The notes beneath the pieces are model-generated. The model was not told the origin of the DNA, searched no databases, and was given only the letters and a program-made list of their open reading frames with translations. From the human T2T-CHM13v2.0 reference genome, Homo sapiens, in assembly GCF_009914755.1 (NCBI RefSeq), contig NC_060935.1: a stretch of 64,000 nt of DNA. One strand, given 5' to 3'. The translations under genes and the position numbers were made by a program. Positions 1-14,885 of this stretch are shown one piece after another. Numbering within the stretch: the stretch's first letter is position 1; the number at the start of each line of letters is the position of its first letter.

Positions 1-335
<335 letters not shown>

Positions 336-1269
336 TGTGATATTCTTCTATGGATTTTGGTTTTTTAAAAATCACATTAAAATATTGTCTTGATCATTGA
401 GTTTTTCCCCCTTAAATTTTGTGCTCAAGATGAGTGCCTCACCTGATTCTTGGCCTTGTCATGAGAGAGGTGATAATCTATTTAACAGCCAAGAAAAGAA
501 GACTTCTGAAGAAAAGGCTGAGTTAATGTCACTATGTATTGGGAAAAAAGAGAAAAACCGACAGGTTGGGTTTCCATGAGTTGGAAATCAAAGCTAATAG
601 GATGTGGATGTTTGTGCTGATTCTTGCAGCTGCAGTGAGCAGAGGAAATGTTCTGAGCACTTTCTCAAAAGGTTCTTCAGTATTTTAACTTAAAATCATC
701 TTACAAAAGAAAAGCCTTTGTTGTGTTTATTTGGGGTCTATTTCATTTAATAGGTCTTCTGTATAGTGATTTGTAACTTTTATCAAAGTTGAACTTTTAA
801 TGCACATGTTACTTTCAGACCAAAGTCTTTATCCTGGAAGATGTAGCCTCTTTTTTCATTTTTATCTTGAAATGCCCCTTGGCACAAGCTTAGTTAGGAA
901 GTTGAGTTCAGTGGAGAAAGGACGTATAGTTGATATTATACTGGTAAGCCAAGCTCTAAGTTCACCAAGTCTGTTTTTTTCATGTTAAATTGCAGGAGTA
1001 GTATTTGCCACATATACCTTATTGGATTGTTTTCAAAGTAATGCACAGGAAGTTGCTTTGTAAAAAATGACCACCATATTCATTATTATGAGTTGACTAT
1101 GAATTTACTAAAGAGTACCTAGAAAGCGCTCATCTAGATTAGTCTATATGTAGTAAATTGTAATTAAGGAATACATACAGTTGCAATAAATGTGTATGAT
1201 TTTATGTACCATCTCTCACTATCTTCTAGTATAGCTAATTCATATCTGGCATCAGTTTAGTGACCAAGA

Positions 1270-1615
1270 CACCCTCTCCCTTTGCTTGGATTATTGCAAT
1301 GCCTTCCTGCCTGGTCTGCCTGGATCCACCCTTGATATAAACAGCCCCAGCCACTCACCCCCAACCCCACTCCTGCTTACATATATTCTCAACCTAGCCA
1401 CCAAATTATTTTTTTAATATAAGTCAAGTCATATTACTCTTCTGCCCAACCACCCCCAATGGTTTTCCTTCTCACTAACCATAAAAACCAAACGTCTTAT
1501 AATGGGCTCTAAGACCCTTCAGAATTTTGCCTTCATCACGTCTCCATATTTATCTTCCATCATTGACTTGTTTCCTACATTCCTGCCACATCGGACTCTT
1601 CATTATTTCTTGTCC
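1270..1615 (+). mobile_element. L2 LINE fragment
   Basis: Degenerate match to the L2 3' region (TGGATTATTGCAATGCCTTCCTG...CTGGTCT; AAGTCAAGTCATATTACTCTTCTGC); ends approximate. Confidence 0.6.
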
Positions 1616-1619
1616 TGGC

Positions 1620-1780
1620 CTCCCCTTGAGCAAATTAAATTCTCAAAGCTTCAGCTTCCTTATCTGTAAAATAGGCATAAAAATAGTAATAACTATAGAG
1701 GATTTTTTTTTTCAGGATTAAATTAGTTAAAATGCTTAGAACAATATTTATACCTAGTGTTAAAATGTCAATATTATATT
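1620..1780 (+). mobile_element. MIR SINE
   Basis: MIR core CTTCAGCTTCCTTATCTGTAAAATAGG, then AAATGCTTAGAACA. Confidence 0.65.
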
Positions 1781-1863
1781 ATCATAAGTTTTATTACCCT
1801 CATCTGATTTTTTGTAAAGTCTCTAATGATTTGACTCCTGAATTGACAATAATCTCTGAAAAC

Positions 1864-2412
1864 TGTCAGAGGCGTTTGAACCAGAGCAACTCCATCTTGA
1901 ATAGAAGCTGGTTAAATATGGTTGAAACCTACTGGGTTGCATTCCCAGATGGTTAAGGCATTCTAAGTCACAGGATGAGATAGGAGGTCGGCACAAGATA
2001 AAGGTCATAAAGACCTTGCTGATAAAACAGATTGCAGTAAAGGAGATGGCTAAAACCCACCAAAACCAAGATGGCAATGAAAGTGTCCTCTGGTCGTCCT
2101 CACTGCTACACTCCCACCAGCGTCATGACAGTTTACAAATGCCATGGCAAGTTACCCTATATGGCCTAAAAAGGGAGGGCATCAATAATCCATCCCTTGT
2201 TTAGCATATCATCAAGAAATAACCATAAAAATGGGCAACCAGCAGCCGTCGTGGATGCAGTCTATGGAGTAGCCATTCTTTTATTTCTTTACTTTCTTAA
2301 GAAACTTGCTTTCACTTTACTCTATGGACTCGCCCTGAACTCTTTCTTGTGAGAGATCCAAGAACCTTCTCTTGGGGTCTGGATCCTGGATTGGGACCCC
2401 TTTCCTGTAGCT
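1864..2412 (+). mobile_element. MER41A-type solo LTR (ERV1)
   Basis: Starts TGTCAGAGGCGTTTGAACCAGAGCAACTCCATCTTGAATAG and ends GGGACCCCTTTCCTGTAGCT; lacks the MER41B tandem-GAS block; imperfect 4-bp TSD AAAC/GAAC. Confidence 0.9.
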
Positions 2413-3670
2413 GAACGGTCACATTACTTTGTTGCTTATTCATATGTTTAAGCATCTTTAAGATCCTCACTGCAGCGAAATAAAGCTCAGAACTTCAAAC
2501 ACTATAAGTATTCCCAGGCCCTTGCTGCTATGTCTTAGATATTTACAGCTTCCCCTGAATTCTTTTTTCTTTATCCTTTGTTTTGGGGAAGGTTGTTTTA
2601 TGTTTTTCTATTCTCACTTATATTATTTCTCTCCATTTCAGTTTAATATTATTTTTCATTTTTCCTTAATATTCATAATTCAGTTTTCCCCCACACTTGG
2701 CACCCTACCCTCTACCCTCTGTCTTCAATTCTTTCCACAATTTTCGCTCCTTCCCTTTTTGCTGTCTCAAGTGAGAACATAGGCACATTTATTTAACCCC
2801 ACTGGAAATCCTGTGTTTTTGTAGGAAAAGACTTGCTTTCTTGGCAGTGCTAAAAATAAAGTAATTACTGAAGGAATGCATGATGGGGCCAGTTAGTAAC
2901 CTGATAAATGGAACTTGGATACAAAGCAGAGATGAATAAAAAGACTCACCTGGTCCAGGATACTGGCTTAAAATGAGCCCTGCAGCAAGGCTGACTTGAT
3001 TATGAGCTCCAAACCAGGAGGCTTTTCTTTCCTCAGTCTAGGAGGCAGGAGTAAGCCTGACAGTGGCAAGAAAGTATCCTCAAGAGTGGGCTAGGGAGGG
3101 ATGGGGTAAGTTGTGCTGGTAAGGACACCGTGGGAGCAGTGAGCCAGTACATTCCATTCTTACATTTTTTGGCTTTAAAAAACGGAAGGACAGAGCTATA
3201 TTACTCCATTTCTATTTTGTGAAAAAGTGTAAGCTTAATAATTTTAAAACTCAAGGCTACGTTTGATTTTTCCAAAGCACAATTAAATAAAAAATAGCTC
3301 CCTCAGTGGCTCATACCTATAAGAAGCCAAATGGTTTGGATAAAAATACTATTCCCAAGTCACCAGCATCAGCCTGTATAAATAAAATTATTAGGACAGG
3401 CAAAGCAATTCAGAGGAAAGAGCATCGCTTGGGGGTAAAATGTTTAAAGAATACTGTGAATTTCACTGTCACAAATTCAAATAAAGTGAGAGTGGAATTC
3501 ACAGTATTTAAGGAATCAATCCTTGCTGCTTCTGTTTATGAAGCCGAGCTTCAGTTTTCTTGCTCTGACAATGGACACAGTGATTACCTCAAGGGTTGCT
3601 GTAGGAGTTAGATGAGATATCTATAATGTAGGAAAGGTGTTTACTACAATGTAACTCATGGATAGGGGCC

Positions 3671-4251
3671 TATATTGGTTTTCCATTGCTGTGTAACAAA
3701 TTTCCATAAACTTAGTGGCTTAAAACAACAGACATTTATTATCTTTCATTTCTGTCAGAGGTCCAGGCAACTGAGTGGTTGATATCTCTGTTCAGGGTCT
3801 CACGAGGCTGAAATCAAGGTGTCAGTTAGCTGCATTCCCCTCTAGAGACTTGACTAGGGAAGGATTCTTTTCCAAATTCCTTCAAGTTGTTGGTAGAAGT
3901 GTTTCTTGCTAGCTTCAATTAGGGATGGATCTCAGCAACTAGTGACCACTCTCAAGTCTTTATTATATGGCCCCTTTTATACTCAAAACCAGCAACAGAG
4001 AATTCCCCCTCACATCAAATCCCTCTCACACTTTCAATCTCTATGACTCAGAAACGGGCTCACCTGGCTAGGTCAGACCCACCAGAATATTCTCCATTTT
4101 GGCTAGCTCACAGTCGCCTGATGAGCAATGTAATCATAGCAGTGGTATCATACACACAGGTCTGCCTGCACTCAAAGGAGAGTGATTATCAAGGAATGCA
4201 CACCAGGGGCGGCAGGAATCTGGCAGCTATCTTAGAATTCTGCCTGCCACC
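3671..4251 (-). mobile_element. MaLR solo LTR (MLT1E/F-like)
   Basis: Left end TTGCTGTGTAACAAAT...AAACTTAGTGGCTTAAAACAAC; right end reverse-complements to GTGGCAGGCAGAATTCTAAGAT, an MLT1E-type 5' end. Confidence 0.8.
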
Positions 4252-6279
4252 ATTTCCATTAAGTGATTGTTGTTGTTTGTTACTGAGGCATAGATGAAGT
4301 AGCACTTATGCAGGAAAAAAACCACTAGTCAATCAGAATTTCAAGTTGTATGATGAGGTATTCCATAGAAATTAAACATGCGTATAACAGATTCTCATAG
4401 GTCAGGACACATGAAAAATTTAAGGAAAGGATGAGGACTCCTTAATTTAGAGGGACTTCTGAAAGGTGACTTAATGATGACCCAACACTATATGTGAAAT
4501 CATGTTTGGCTTCAAAAGCACTGTGGGCAGAAAAGGAGAAAACGTTTAATCTAGAGTACACAGTTATGGCATTATCTGGAGGGAAGGATAAAGCTACAAA
4601 GATTGTTAAAACTAAAATTTGTTGCCAAGGGAGCCATTCGAGCTCTGTCTGGAGATCTTCTAAATGAGAGTAAATTATTCTGTACTTGAGGTGGTTTGGG
4701 CACTGTCCTCCCTGAAGCCAATGTAGAGATAAAGTGTTGTTTTCACTCCTTCTAGTCCTGTGATTCTGCGTCTAAGGAGGCAAACCACCTATTGAATCAG
4801 TGCTCACCACAGGCTCCATTGCAGCATTGAACTGTGTCTGTGAGAAAGAATAAGGTTAAGTCAGGATTCCTTGATTAAGACGAGTTAATATAAACACTGA
4901 AAATCCAGTGTGCTGCCAGCATAGCTTTTGGCAGCATCAACACAGAGAAGAAAGAGCTGTAACAGAATAACAGCAAAATAACTTCGGGTCCTTCCTTCTC
5001 CTCCACCCACAAAATCCCATTTGGTGATATGAGAATCTAAATTGCTCAGTGCTTGGATGTTTGGCTGTCACATGTCATTGTTGTGTTGAACCTTCCCAGG
5101 CATGTACAGAGCTCACTGCTCAGGAGATTAATGTTCAAAAGCCAAAATGCTTGACCAAACTTGAAATCTATTTGTGGAATTTACTGTTTCATCATTGAAC
5201 CATGAAAAAATAAATTCAGCAAATATAGTCCTAATACTCCAGCTCATCATGAAATGTCTCTTAATTTCTTGACGTGTCCATGAGTTAGAGACAGCTGAGA
5301 AAGGTTTCATTATCTTTGTCTACTTACATACATTCTTTCTCATTTCTTTTTCTTTTTAAAATCTAAGGCTTTTTTTACTTGAGAAAGGAGTTGTTCCGAT
5401 TACTGTCAGTTTCTCTGGCTGATGTGATTTTCTCATCAGAAGCCTTGAACCCTTCTCCTTTTAACTTGATAGCAAAGAGAAATCATGATAGCTTCTTTTG
5501 ACATCACTTTACACAAAAACAAACAAAACAAAACAAAATTATCATAAACTGGTAGAACAAGAAGACAGCATGTAGGGAACAAAACAACCATGTTCTTGAT
5601 TCTAATGAGGTACATGATTTACTCCTACCATGGAAAATTCAAATATCTACCCTTGAACTTCAACAAGCATTTATGACTTGTTGATCTACTTATAGAACTA
5701 AATGATTATTTTGCAAAACATCATCTCTGTCTTTAAGTACTCCCTACAGAAGAAAGAAATGGAACATTAGTGTAAACATGATGGTCACTAAGAACTTGTG
5801 GACACTGAAGAAAGGCTATGGATAAATGATCCAACAATAAGAGAAAGCTTCTGAGTATGCCTCAGACCAGTGACTGACTGGGTTTTCTGGGAATATATTT
5901 TTTGGACAATGGGTCCAGGAAGACAATAATAAATATTGGAAAAACTTCCTACAGTCTATAAAATCCCTTTTATTTAGATAAGCTCACTGGGAGGAAGGTA
6001 AGGAGAGGGATATTTATTGAGAGTCCGTGACAGAGAGATACACTGTGAGGTACCTTTCAGGTTCCATCTCATTAATTTCTTAAATTGACTCTAAAGAGGA
6101 ATGTTACCTCAATTTTATAGATGATCTCCAAAATCCTCAAAGCTTTTAAGTAACTTGTCACTCTGCATAAGAATTTGCCTCCAAACTTAGGGATTTTAAA
6201 GAACTTTGTTTTTCTTTTTTCTATGTCACCCAGAGTATTTGGTCAGGAAAAGAACTTGCAGTTCTCACTCATAGTCAAT

Positions 6280-6686
6280 TTGTTGGTAGTAGCCACTGGG
6301 TCTTCAGTCCTTGGAAGTCTAGACTGGGCTGGACTTTCAAGATGGTTCACTTAATGACTGGCAGATGTGACTGGCTGTCAACTGGGACCTCTCAGGGGAC
6401 TGTTGACCAGAATACCTACATGTAGCCTCTATAGCATGGTGGTCTTAAGATAGCCCTACTTCTTATATGATGGACAGCCTCTCCAGATAAAGTGTTGCAC
6501 AAGATCAAGTAGAAATGACCTGAACCTTCTGAGCAGCATCAGGAATTACACAGCATCGCTTCCTCCATACTCTATCGGTTGAAGTAATTAGAAGCCCACC
6601 AAGACTTCAGGGAAAGGGACATAAAAGCTATCTTTTGATGAAAGGAATGTCAAAATATTTTGGGGCCATGTTTTAAAATTACCATA
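6280..6686 (-). mobile_element. MaLR LTR (old MLT1, H/I-like)
   Basis: CTGGGCTGGACTTTCAAGATGG ... GGAATGTCAAAATATTTTGGGGCCATGTTTTAAAATTACCATA. Confidence 0.6.
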
Positions 6687-7419
6687 CTTGCTCAAAATAC
6701 AACAGCAAGTAAGTGTCCACTAAAATAAAATACAACTCATAATGTGTGATGGACTTTTTTAAAATTTGTAAATGGTGGAAATTGACATCAGTGAGATTAA
6801 GGCTAGAAGAACGTATACGTTTGTAAATCAAATCACAGGAAAGGGAAGATGAATATGGCTTTAGTCACGTGTGGTTCTAGGCACCACTGCAGAAGCTTTT
6901 TCCATCAACTGCATTTGATTCGCTCTGTATGTTGGCTGCATTTTATCTATTGTAGACCACTATTTTCATAATGCTCCAGCAACAGCAAATGTCATCTAAA
7001 GGAAGGAACTCCTGCTCCTTGGTTCAAATTTGACATACTGCAGAGAACAATTTTGATACCTAGTTTTTGTCACATACAATCACCTGTTCAGTCCTTATAG
7101 CAGATCCTATTTGAGTCACGTGGTTAGAACAATCCTCGGTATTATAGAAGATTCCAAGGTGAAAGGAATAGAAGGAAAAATGGGTAAAATATGGCCACTC
7201 TATAGAAATCAAGAGAATTTACAGTGAATAGTGAACTAACTACCATCTCTTTTTGCTAAGAAACGCTTTGGGACAATTTTGTAAATTTTACAAAGGAAGG
7301 AATTAGTCTTTATCTCTCAGCAAACCTTTTGTTGACCAGAGGATCCTTGGAAAACCAAATGAGGGGCTATGTGATTTATCTGATAATGAGCTAGAAATCA
7401 GAGCATATACACACATCTT

Positions 7420-7640
7420 CATTTATGTACCACTTTTCAAGTATATTCACATGATTATTTCATTTACACACAATAGCTAAGTGTTATAGGACAAGTTTTA
7501 TCTTCATTTTATAGCTAAGAAATCTGAGACCCAGAAAGTTTAAGTGACTTAATCCCAGTTACATAGGGAATAAATAGCAGAGCTAGGACTTCAACTCAGA
7601 TTCCTCCTCTTAGACCAGTATACTTTTCACCGCGCCACAG
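7420..7640 (-). mobile_element. MIR SINE
   Basis: CATTTTATAGCTAAGAAATCTGAGACCCAGAAAGTTAAGTGACTT ... GCAGAGCTAGGACTTCAACTCAG. Confidence 0.75.
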
Positions 7641-7896
7641 GTTCGCCTAATGTAAAACTTAAGTTTCATTGATGACATGATACATGGGTAAAGGTTTTCT
7701 CTACTGGAGGTTCCAACCACTTGACTATCTCATCTTAGAGTAGCTGCCTGACAAAGCATTTTGGCTTCTATAGAGTAAATTAAACATGCCCTTTTATGAA
7801 TGAAATTCATAAAAGTAAATTTCCTTTGCCAAGATTATCCTTCTTAAACATGACATCCCCTTCCGTAGACACCACTTATGGTCTCCCATTACACAC

Positions 7897-8932
<1,036 letters not shown>

Positions 8933-11294
8933 CAACATACCAGAATCTCTGGGATGCAGCTAAAGCAGTATTAATAGGGAAATTTAGAGCATTAAATGCC
9001 CACATCAAAAAGCTAGAAAGATCTCAAATTAACATCTTAACATCACAACTAAAATGACTAGAGAACCAAGAGCAAACAAACCCCAAAGCTAGCAGAAGAC
9101 AGGAAATAACCAAGATCTGAGCTGAACTAAAGGAGATATTGATTAAAAATTCCTTCAAAAAATCTATGAATCCAGGAGCTGTTTTTTTTGAAAAAAATTA
9201 ATAAAATAGACTTCTAGCTAGACTAATAAAGAAGAAAATAGTGAGAAATCACAGAGACACAATAAAAAAAGATAAAGGGGATATAACCACTGACCCCACA
9301 GAAATATAGACAACCATTTGAGAATACTATAAACAGCTCTACACAAATATACTAGAAAATCTAAAAGAAATGGGTAAATTCCTGAACACATACGCCCTCC
9401 CAAGACTGAACCGGGAAGAAGCTGAATCCTTGAATAGACCAATAATGAGTTCTGAAGTCAAGGTAGTAATGAATAGCCTACCACCCAAAAATGTTCAGGA
9501 CCAGAGGGATTTACAGGTAAATTCCACCAGAAGTACAAAGAGGAGCTGGTAACAGTTCTTCTGAAACTATTCCCAACTGTAGAAAAGGAGGGACAATTCC
9601 CTAACTCATTTTATGAGGCCAGCATCATCCTAATACCAAAACCTGACAGTGATACAACAAAAAAAGAAAACCCCAGGCCAATATCCCTGATGAACATCGA
9701 TGCAAAAATCCTCAATAAAACACCGGGAAATCGCATCCAGCAGCACATCAAAAAGCTTATCCACCACAATCAAGTCGGTTTCATCCTCAGGATGCAAGAT
9801 TGGTTCAACATATGCAAATCAATAAATGTAATTTATTACATAAACAGAACTAAAGACAAAAACCACATGTTTATCTCAATAGATGCAGAAAAGGCCTTCA
9901 ATAAAATTCAACATCCTCTCATGTTAAAAACTCTCAATAAACTAGGTATTGAAGGAACATACCTCAAAATTTATTATTTTGCCATTTATGACAAACCCAA
10001 AGCCAATATTATAGTGAATGGGCAAAAACTGGAAGCATTCCCTTTGAAAAACGGCACAGGACAAAGATGCCCTCTCTCACCACTCCTACTCAACATAGTA
10101 TTGGAAGTTCTGGCCAGGGCAATCAGGCACGAGAAAAAAATAAAGGGTATTCAAATAGGAAGTAAGGAAGTCAAATTGCCTTTGTTTGCAGATGACATGA
10201 TCCTATATCTAGAAAACTCTATCATCTCAGCCCAAAACCTTCTTAAGCTAATAAGCAACTTCAGCAAAGTCTCAGAAAATAAAATCAAAGTGCAAAAATC
10301 TCAAGCATTTCTATACACTAACAACAGACAAGCAAAGAGCTAAATCATAAATGAACTCCCATTCGCAATTGCTATAAAGAGAATAAAATACCTAGGAATA
10401 CAGCTAACAAGGGAAGCGAAGGACCTCATCAAGGAGAATTGCAAACCACTGCTCAAGGAAATAAGAGAGGACACAAACAAATGGAAAAATATTCCATGCT
10501 CATGGATAGGAAGAATCAATACCATGAAAATGGCCATACTGCCCAAAGTAATTTACAGATTCAATGCTATTCCCATCAAACTACCATTGACATTCTTCAC
10601 AGAAGTAGAAAAAACTATTTTAAAGTTCGTATGGTTTTTTTTTTAAAGTTCATAGGGAATAAAAAAGAGTCTGTATAGCCAAAACAATCCTAAGCAAAAA
10701 GAACAAATCTGGAGGTATCACGCTACCTGACTTCAAACTATGCTACAAAGCTACAGTAACCAAAACAGCATGGTACTAGTACAAAAACAGACACATAAAC
10801 CAATGGAACAGAATAGAGACCTCAGACATAAGACCTCACATCTACAACTATCTGATCTTTGACAAACCTGACAAAAACAAGCAATGGGGAAAGGATTCCT
10901 ATTTAATATATTGTGCTGGGAGAACCAGCTAGCCATATGCAGAAAATCGGAACTGGACCCCTTTTTTACATCTTATACAAAAATTAACTAAAGATGGATT
11001 AAAGATCTAAATGTAAAACCTAAAACTATAAAAACCCCAGAAGAAAATCTAGACAACACCATTCAGGACATAGGCATGGGCAAAAATTTCATGACAAAAA
11101 CATCAAAAGCAATTACAACAAAAGCAAAAATTGACAAATGGGATCTAATTAAATGAAACAACTTCTGCATAGCAAAAGAAACTATCATCAGAGTAAACAG
11201 ACAACCTACAGAATGGGAGAAATTTTTTGCAAGCTATCCTTCTGACAGAGGTCTCATATCCAGAGTCTATAAGGAAATTAAATAAATTTACAAG
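8933..11294 (+). mobile_element. Inverted 5' segment of the same L1 (ORF2 from just after EN, through RT)
   Basis: Continuous L1 ORF2-like DNA from CAACATACCAGAATCTCTGGGA to AAATTTACAAG, with several stops and frameshifts. Confidence 0.93.
9690..10343 (+). pseudogene. L1 ORF2p reverse-transcriptase remnant (non-functional fragment)
   Basis: [10 protein letters not shown]...ISIDAEKAF...[10 protein letters not shown]...[12 protein letters not shown]; bounded by disrupted ORF2 sequence and a premature stop. Confidence 0.9.
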
Positions 11295-11559
11295 TTTTCT
11301 TTTTTTTAATTTTTGCTTTTCTTTTTGTTTTTGTTTAATCCATGGGTGCTTATGAGAGTTTTGATTTGGTTAACATAAGCCAGACCGATTATCTTATAAA
11401 CTAGGAAGTATGAAATGTTTCTCTTTTGGTATTCCAAATCTCCCTTCCTGTACTTACTTTCCTTCTCCTGTTACTGCAAGTTTATCCCTCCACTGAGAAG
11501 AAATTGCTTCAATAAAATTTGTGGTAGAAAAAGAGGATGATGATGATAGTACCTACTAT

Positions 11560-11800
11560 TTAATCAGTGCTTACCATTTACATGTTATTTACTCAGTGCT
11601 TATTATGGGGCTAAGTTTGGCTTTAATGCATTATTTTGTTTAATCCTATCTACCCTATGAAATTGATACTGCTATTTTCCCCATTTTTTCAAATGGTAAA
11701 CCTGGCACTCCCAGATTGAAAAAACCTGCAAAAAGTCCCACAGCTGGTTAGTGGTAGAACTGAAATTCAGTCCCTTATTTATTGGATTCCTAAATCTATT
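11560..11800 (-). mobile_element. MIR SINE
   Basis: TTTAATCCT...CCCTATGAA...CCCCATTTTTTCAAATGG...CACAGCTGGTTAGTGGTAGAACTGAAATTCA. Confidence 0.65.
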
Positions 11801-13167
11801 TCCTTTGTTATTCCAATAAACATAATAATGGACTACCAAATTAATTTATTACCTGCTTTTGCAATGCTTTCTTCTTAAAAGAGGAACATCTGTAGAAGCA
11901 GTGCTTAATAGAATATTAAGAATTAGAATTGGTGTGGTTCCTAGCGTAATAGGCTAGTACAGAAAATATTTTCAAGTTGCTGAGAAAAGGCTTCCCAGAA
12001 TCTCCCAAATCACAAATCACACCACGTAGAGAAATATTCTCTGCTTTCTGTGACTGAAATGGGAATTAGGAGACCCAAATAATAGGACCAGTTATGCTAT
12101 TACCTCTCTAGGCTTTAAGTCTGTAATCTGTAAAATGAGGAAGGAGGAAAAGATCATCTACAGGAATTGATCCAGGTTCAAACCCCCAATCTGTGAAAGA
12201 TTGATTATATGTTGAAATGAGTATAATGAATGGATCTTAAGGTTATTTGGTAAACCTAAAATCTTAGCTTCTTCTCCTTTCTAAACTCCAGTTTCTTGGG
12301 CCTCATATAAGTCTTCTTTGAGGTGAAAGATATCCTGTAAAACACAGTGTAGTCAATTTTTCAGTGAATGTCATTACAACATTACAGCCTTGATGCTAAT
12401 TCATCTCCTAACCTACTTTCCCAGGACTTGGTAGTAAAGACTTAATGCTGTTTTCAGCCCTTTTCATCTTCAAAGCTCTTACTAAAATGTCTAATTAATC
12501 TTCCAAATGTCACTAAGGTAGGCACAATCCAGTGCTGCCACTCCTCTCGGATTCTCTTCATCTTTTCTTGTCAATTGTGGAATTATGGCATTAGAGGAGA
12601 CCTGGAAGGCTGTTTGGTTGAAAATCATATCTGATGCTTGATTTCCACATTCTTGCCAAGTGTTTATTCAGTGTAAGGGATAATTTGGGGGTGTTCTTTC
12701 AGCCCAAGGGCTGAGAATTGCTCACTTTATCTAGAAATCATCCCACCTAAGCAGAACTCCCAGGCAGCTAGGTGAATACAACATGACTCCCCATCCAACT
12801 GCTGTTGATTGAACACCTGCAGCAAACTGAGCCAATCAGAGTGCACTCCTCCATAACAGAGAATTGGAATGAAGCTACCACAGTCTCAGTCTAGACTATT
12901 TCTTGTGACACAATTAATAACCTTGGAAGTGCTGGTACATCAACCTTCTTTTATGTAAGCTGATCAGCAAATATAGAAGTATTAAGCAGATGTCCAACAA
13001 AGAACAGAGATCCAATATGGAGAAAAGAGGTCCCTCTGAATTTCCAATCACTTTCAGCTTACTGGTTACAATCTCTGGCTGAACCTCTGCATTTATGTCA
13101 AATTAGCATCCTCACTAATACTTCCAGCCTATTGTGGAACAAGTCCAGTAATAAACAATTAGCTAAA

Positions 13168-13279
13168 CATATATCCATTTATATATACACATATGTACAT
13201 ATATACATATGTATATACAAAATATATATGTATATGTGTGTATATAGTTTAAAATCATATATAATGTCATATCTTAAAA

Positions 13280-13330
<51 letters not shown>
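13168..13330. repeat. (TA)n-rich tract plus (TG)n microsatellite
   Basis: Imperfect AT/AC repeats, then a pure (TG)n at ~13282-13314 followed by (TA)n. Confidence 0.95.
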
Positions 13331-13331
<1 letters not shown>

Positions 13332-14502
13332 AATCTTACAACTCCCTATTCTTTTCTTTCCTTCTGGGACTCTTCAGGCCGAAAGAACAACATAGAATCA
13401 TAGGAGTCATGATTTTTCTCCTTCCTAGAAATGAGAGGTTTGAAGAAGAGATAAGGGGGAAATAGCTGAGTATTTTTCTCTACTATTGCTGGCTTCCTTT
13501 GAATCTATTTCTTTCTGATAGCGTGCTTTTTTTTGCTTTATTTTCAGGATGACTATATTATAGTCATCCCCTGCGTTATTGTAATGGGAATGGTAACTAC
13601 ATAAACCCACAGCCTAGTTGATTTGCAAGTATCCATATAAGTAGGAAGAATAAAAATTTTAGAATAGCAATGAATGCTAATATTTTCTCATGTTTCCAGA
13701 TTTATGATTTGACCTTTCTACGCAACTGAAACAATTATTTAGATTTTTAAATTGCAACAAACCATGTCTTAAAATCATGGACTGTCAGCCTAAATCAAAA
13801 GAACGTTACTTAAACTGTATGTCACTGTAAATAACCCCTTTCCGAGTCCCCTGCCTGATGTGATTCAAAAAAGACTGTCAATAAAGTGTAAAGAGTGAGT
13901 TTTCAATTAGTAGCAATGACACCTTCATAGAGCCTGGAAATTGAGTACTTAACCCATGGTTAGGTTTTGAAATGTCCTTTTTCCTGACATGAAGTGAATT
14001 GTTGTCTCCTCTATATCTGCTCTGCCATCTCTACCCCAATCTTTTCTCTGAGTGTAGCCTAAGAGGCCACTTCCCTGAGTGTAGCCAGGTCTGGGTGGTA
14101 GCCAGTTCTGAGTGGTGTCAGTGTAGGAAAGGACTGAAGAGCACGTGGGTAAAAGATGTCACGAAAGGCAGGGATGAGTGGAAGGGAGCTCTAAAGAATA
14201 AAGGCCTCTGGCATCAAACTGCAATTCAAACCTCTGTCATGGTTCTGCCTTACCCTAGAGCACCAGGGTAGGGATCAGAGTTCTCTCTGCCTACCCCTGT
14301 TCTTCCAAGGCTGTCTAAAATATGTCACCTTGTACTGCATTGGGCAGTAGAGAGATGAGCCCATTCAGTGTGAATAAGAAAGTTCTTCTTAAGAAGACGA
14401 GGGATCAGAAATTCACTTTCGATGTCCCACTCAGAATAAATACACTTCCTAGCTGATCTTGGCATTATGCATTTCATTTACTCACTCAGCTTATCAGAAA
14501 CT

Positions 14503-14860
<358 letters not shown>

Positions 14861-14885
14861 CTAACTATTTATACAGCTGTCTCTA

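Noticed and set aside
9690-10343. 217-aa ORF as a functional reverse transcriptase gene
   Set aside because: It is a fragment of a disrupted, inverted L1 ORF2 that ends in a premature stop.
12670-13100. Possible very old LTR relic (also ~47330-47900, and a Tigger-like piece near 36110-36290)
   Set aside because: Only short motifs are recognisable; family and boundaries cannot be supported by eye.
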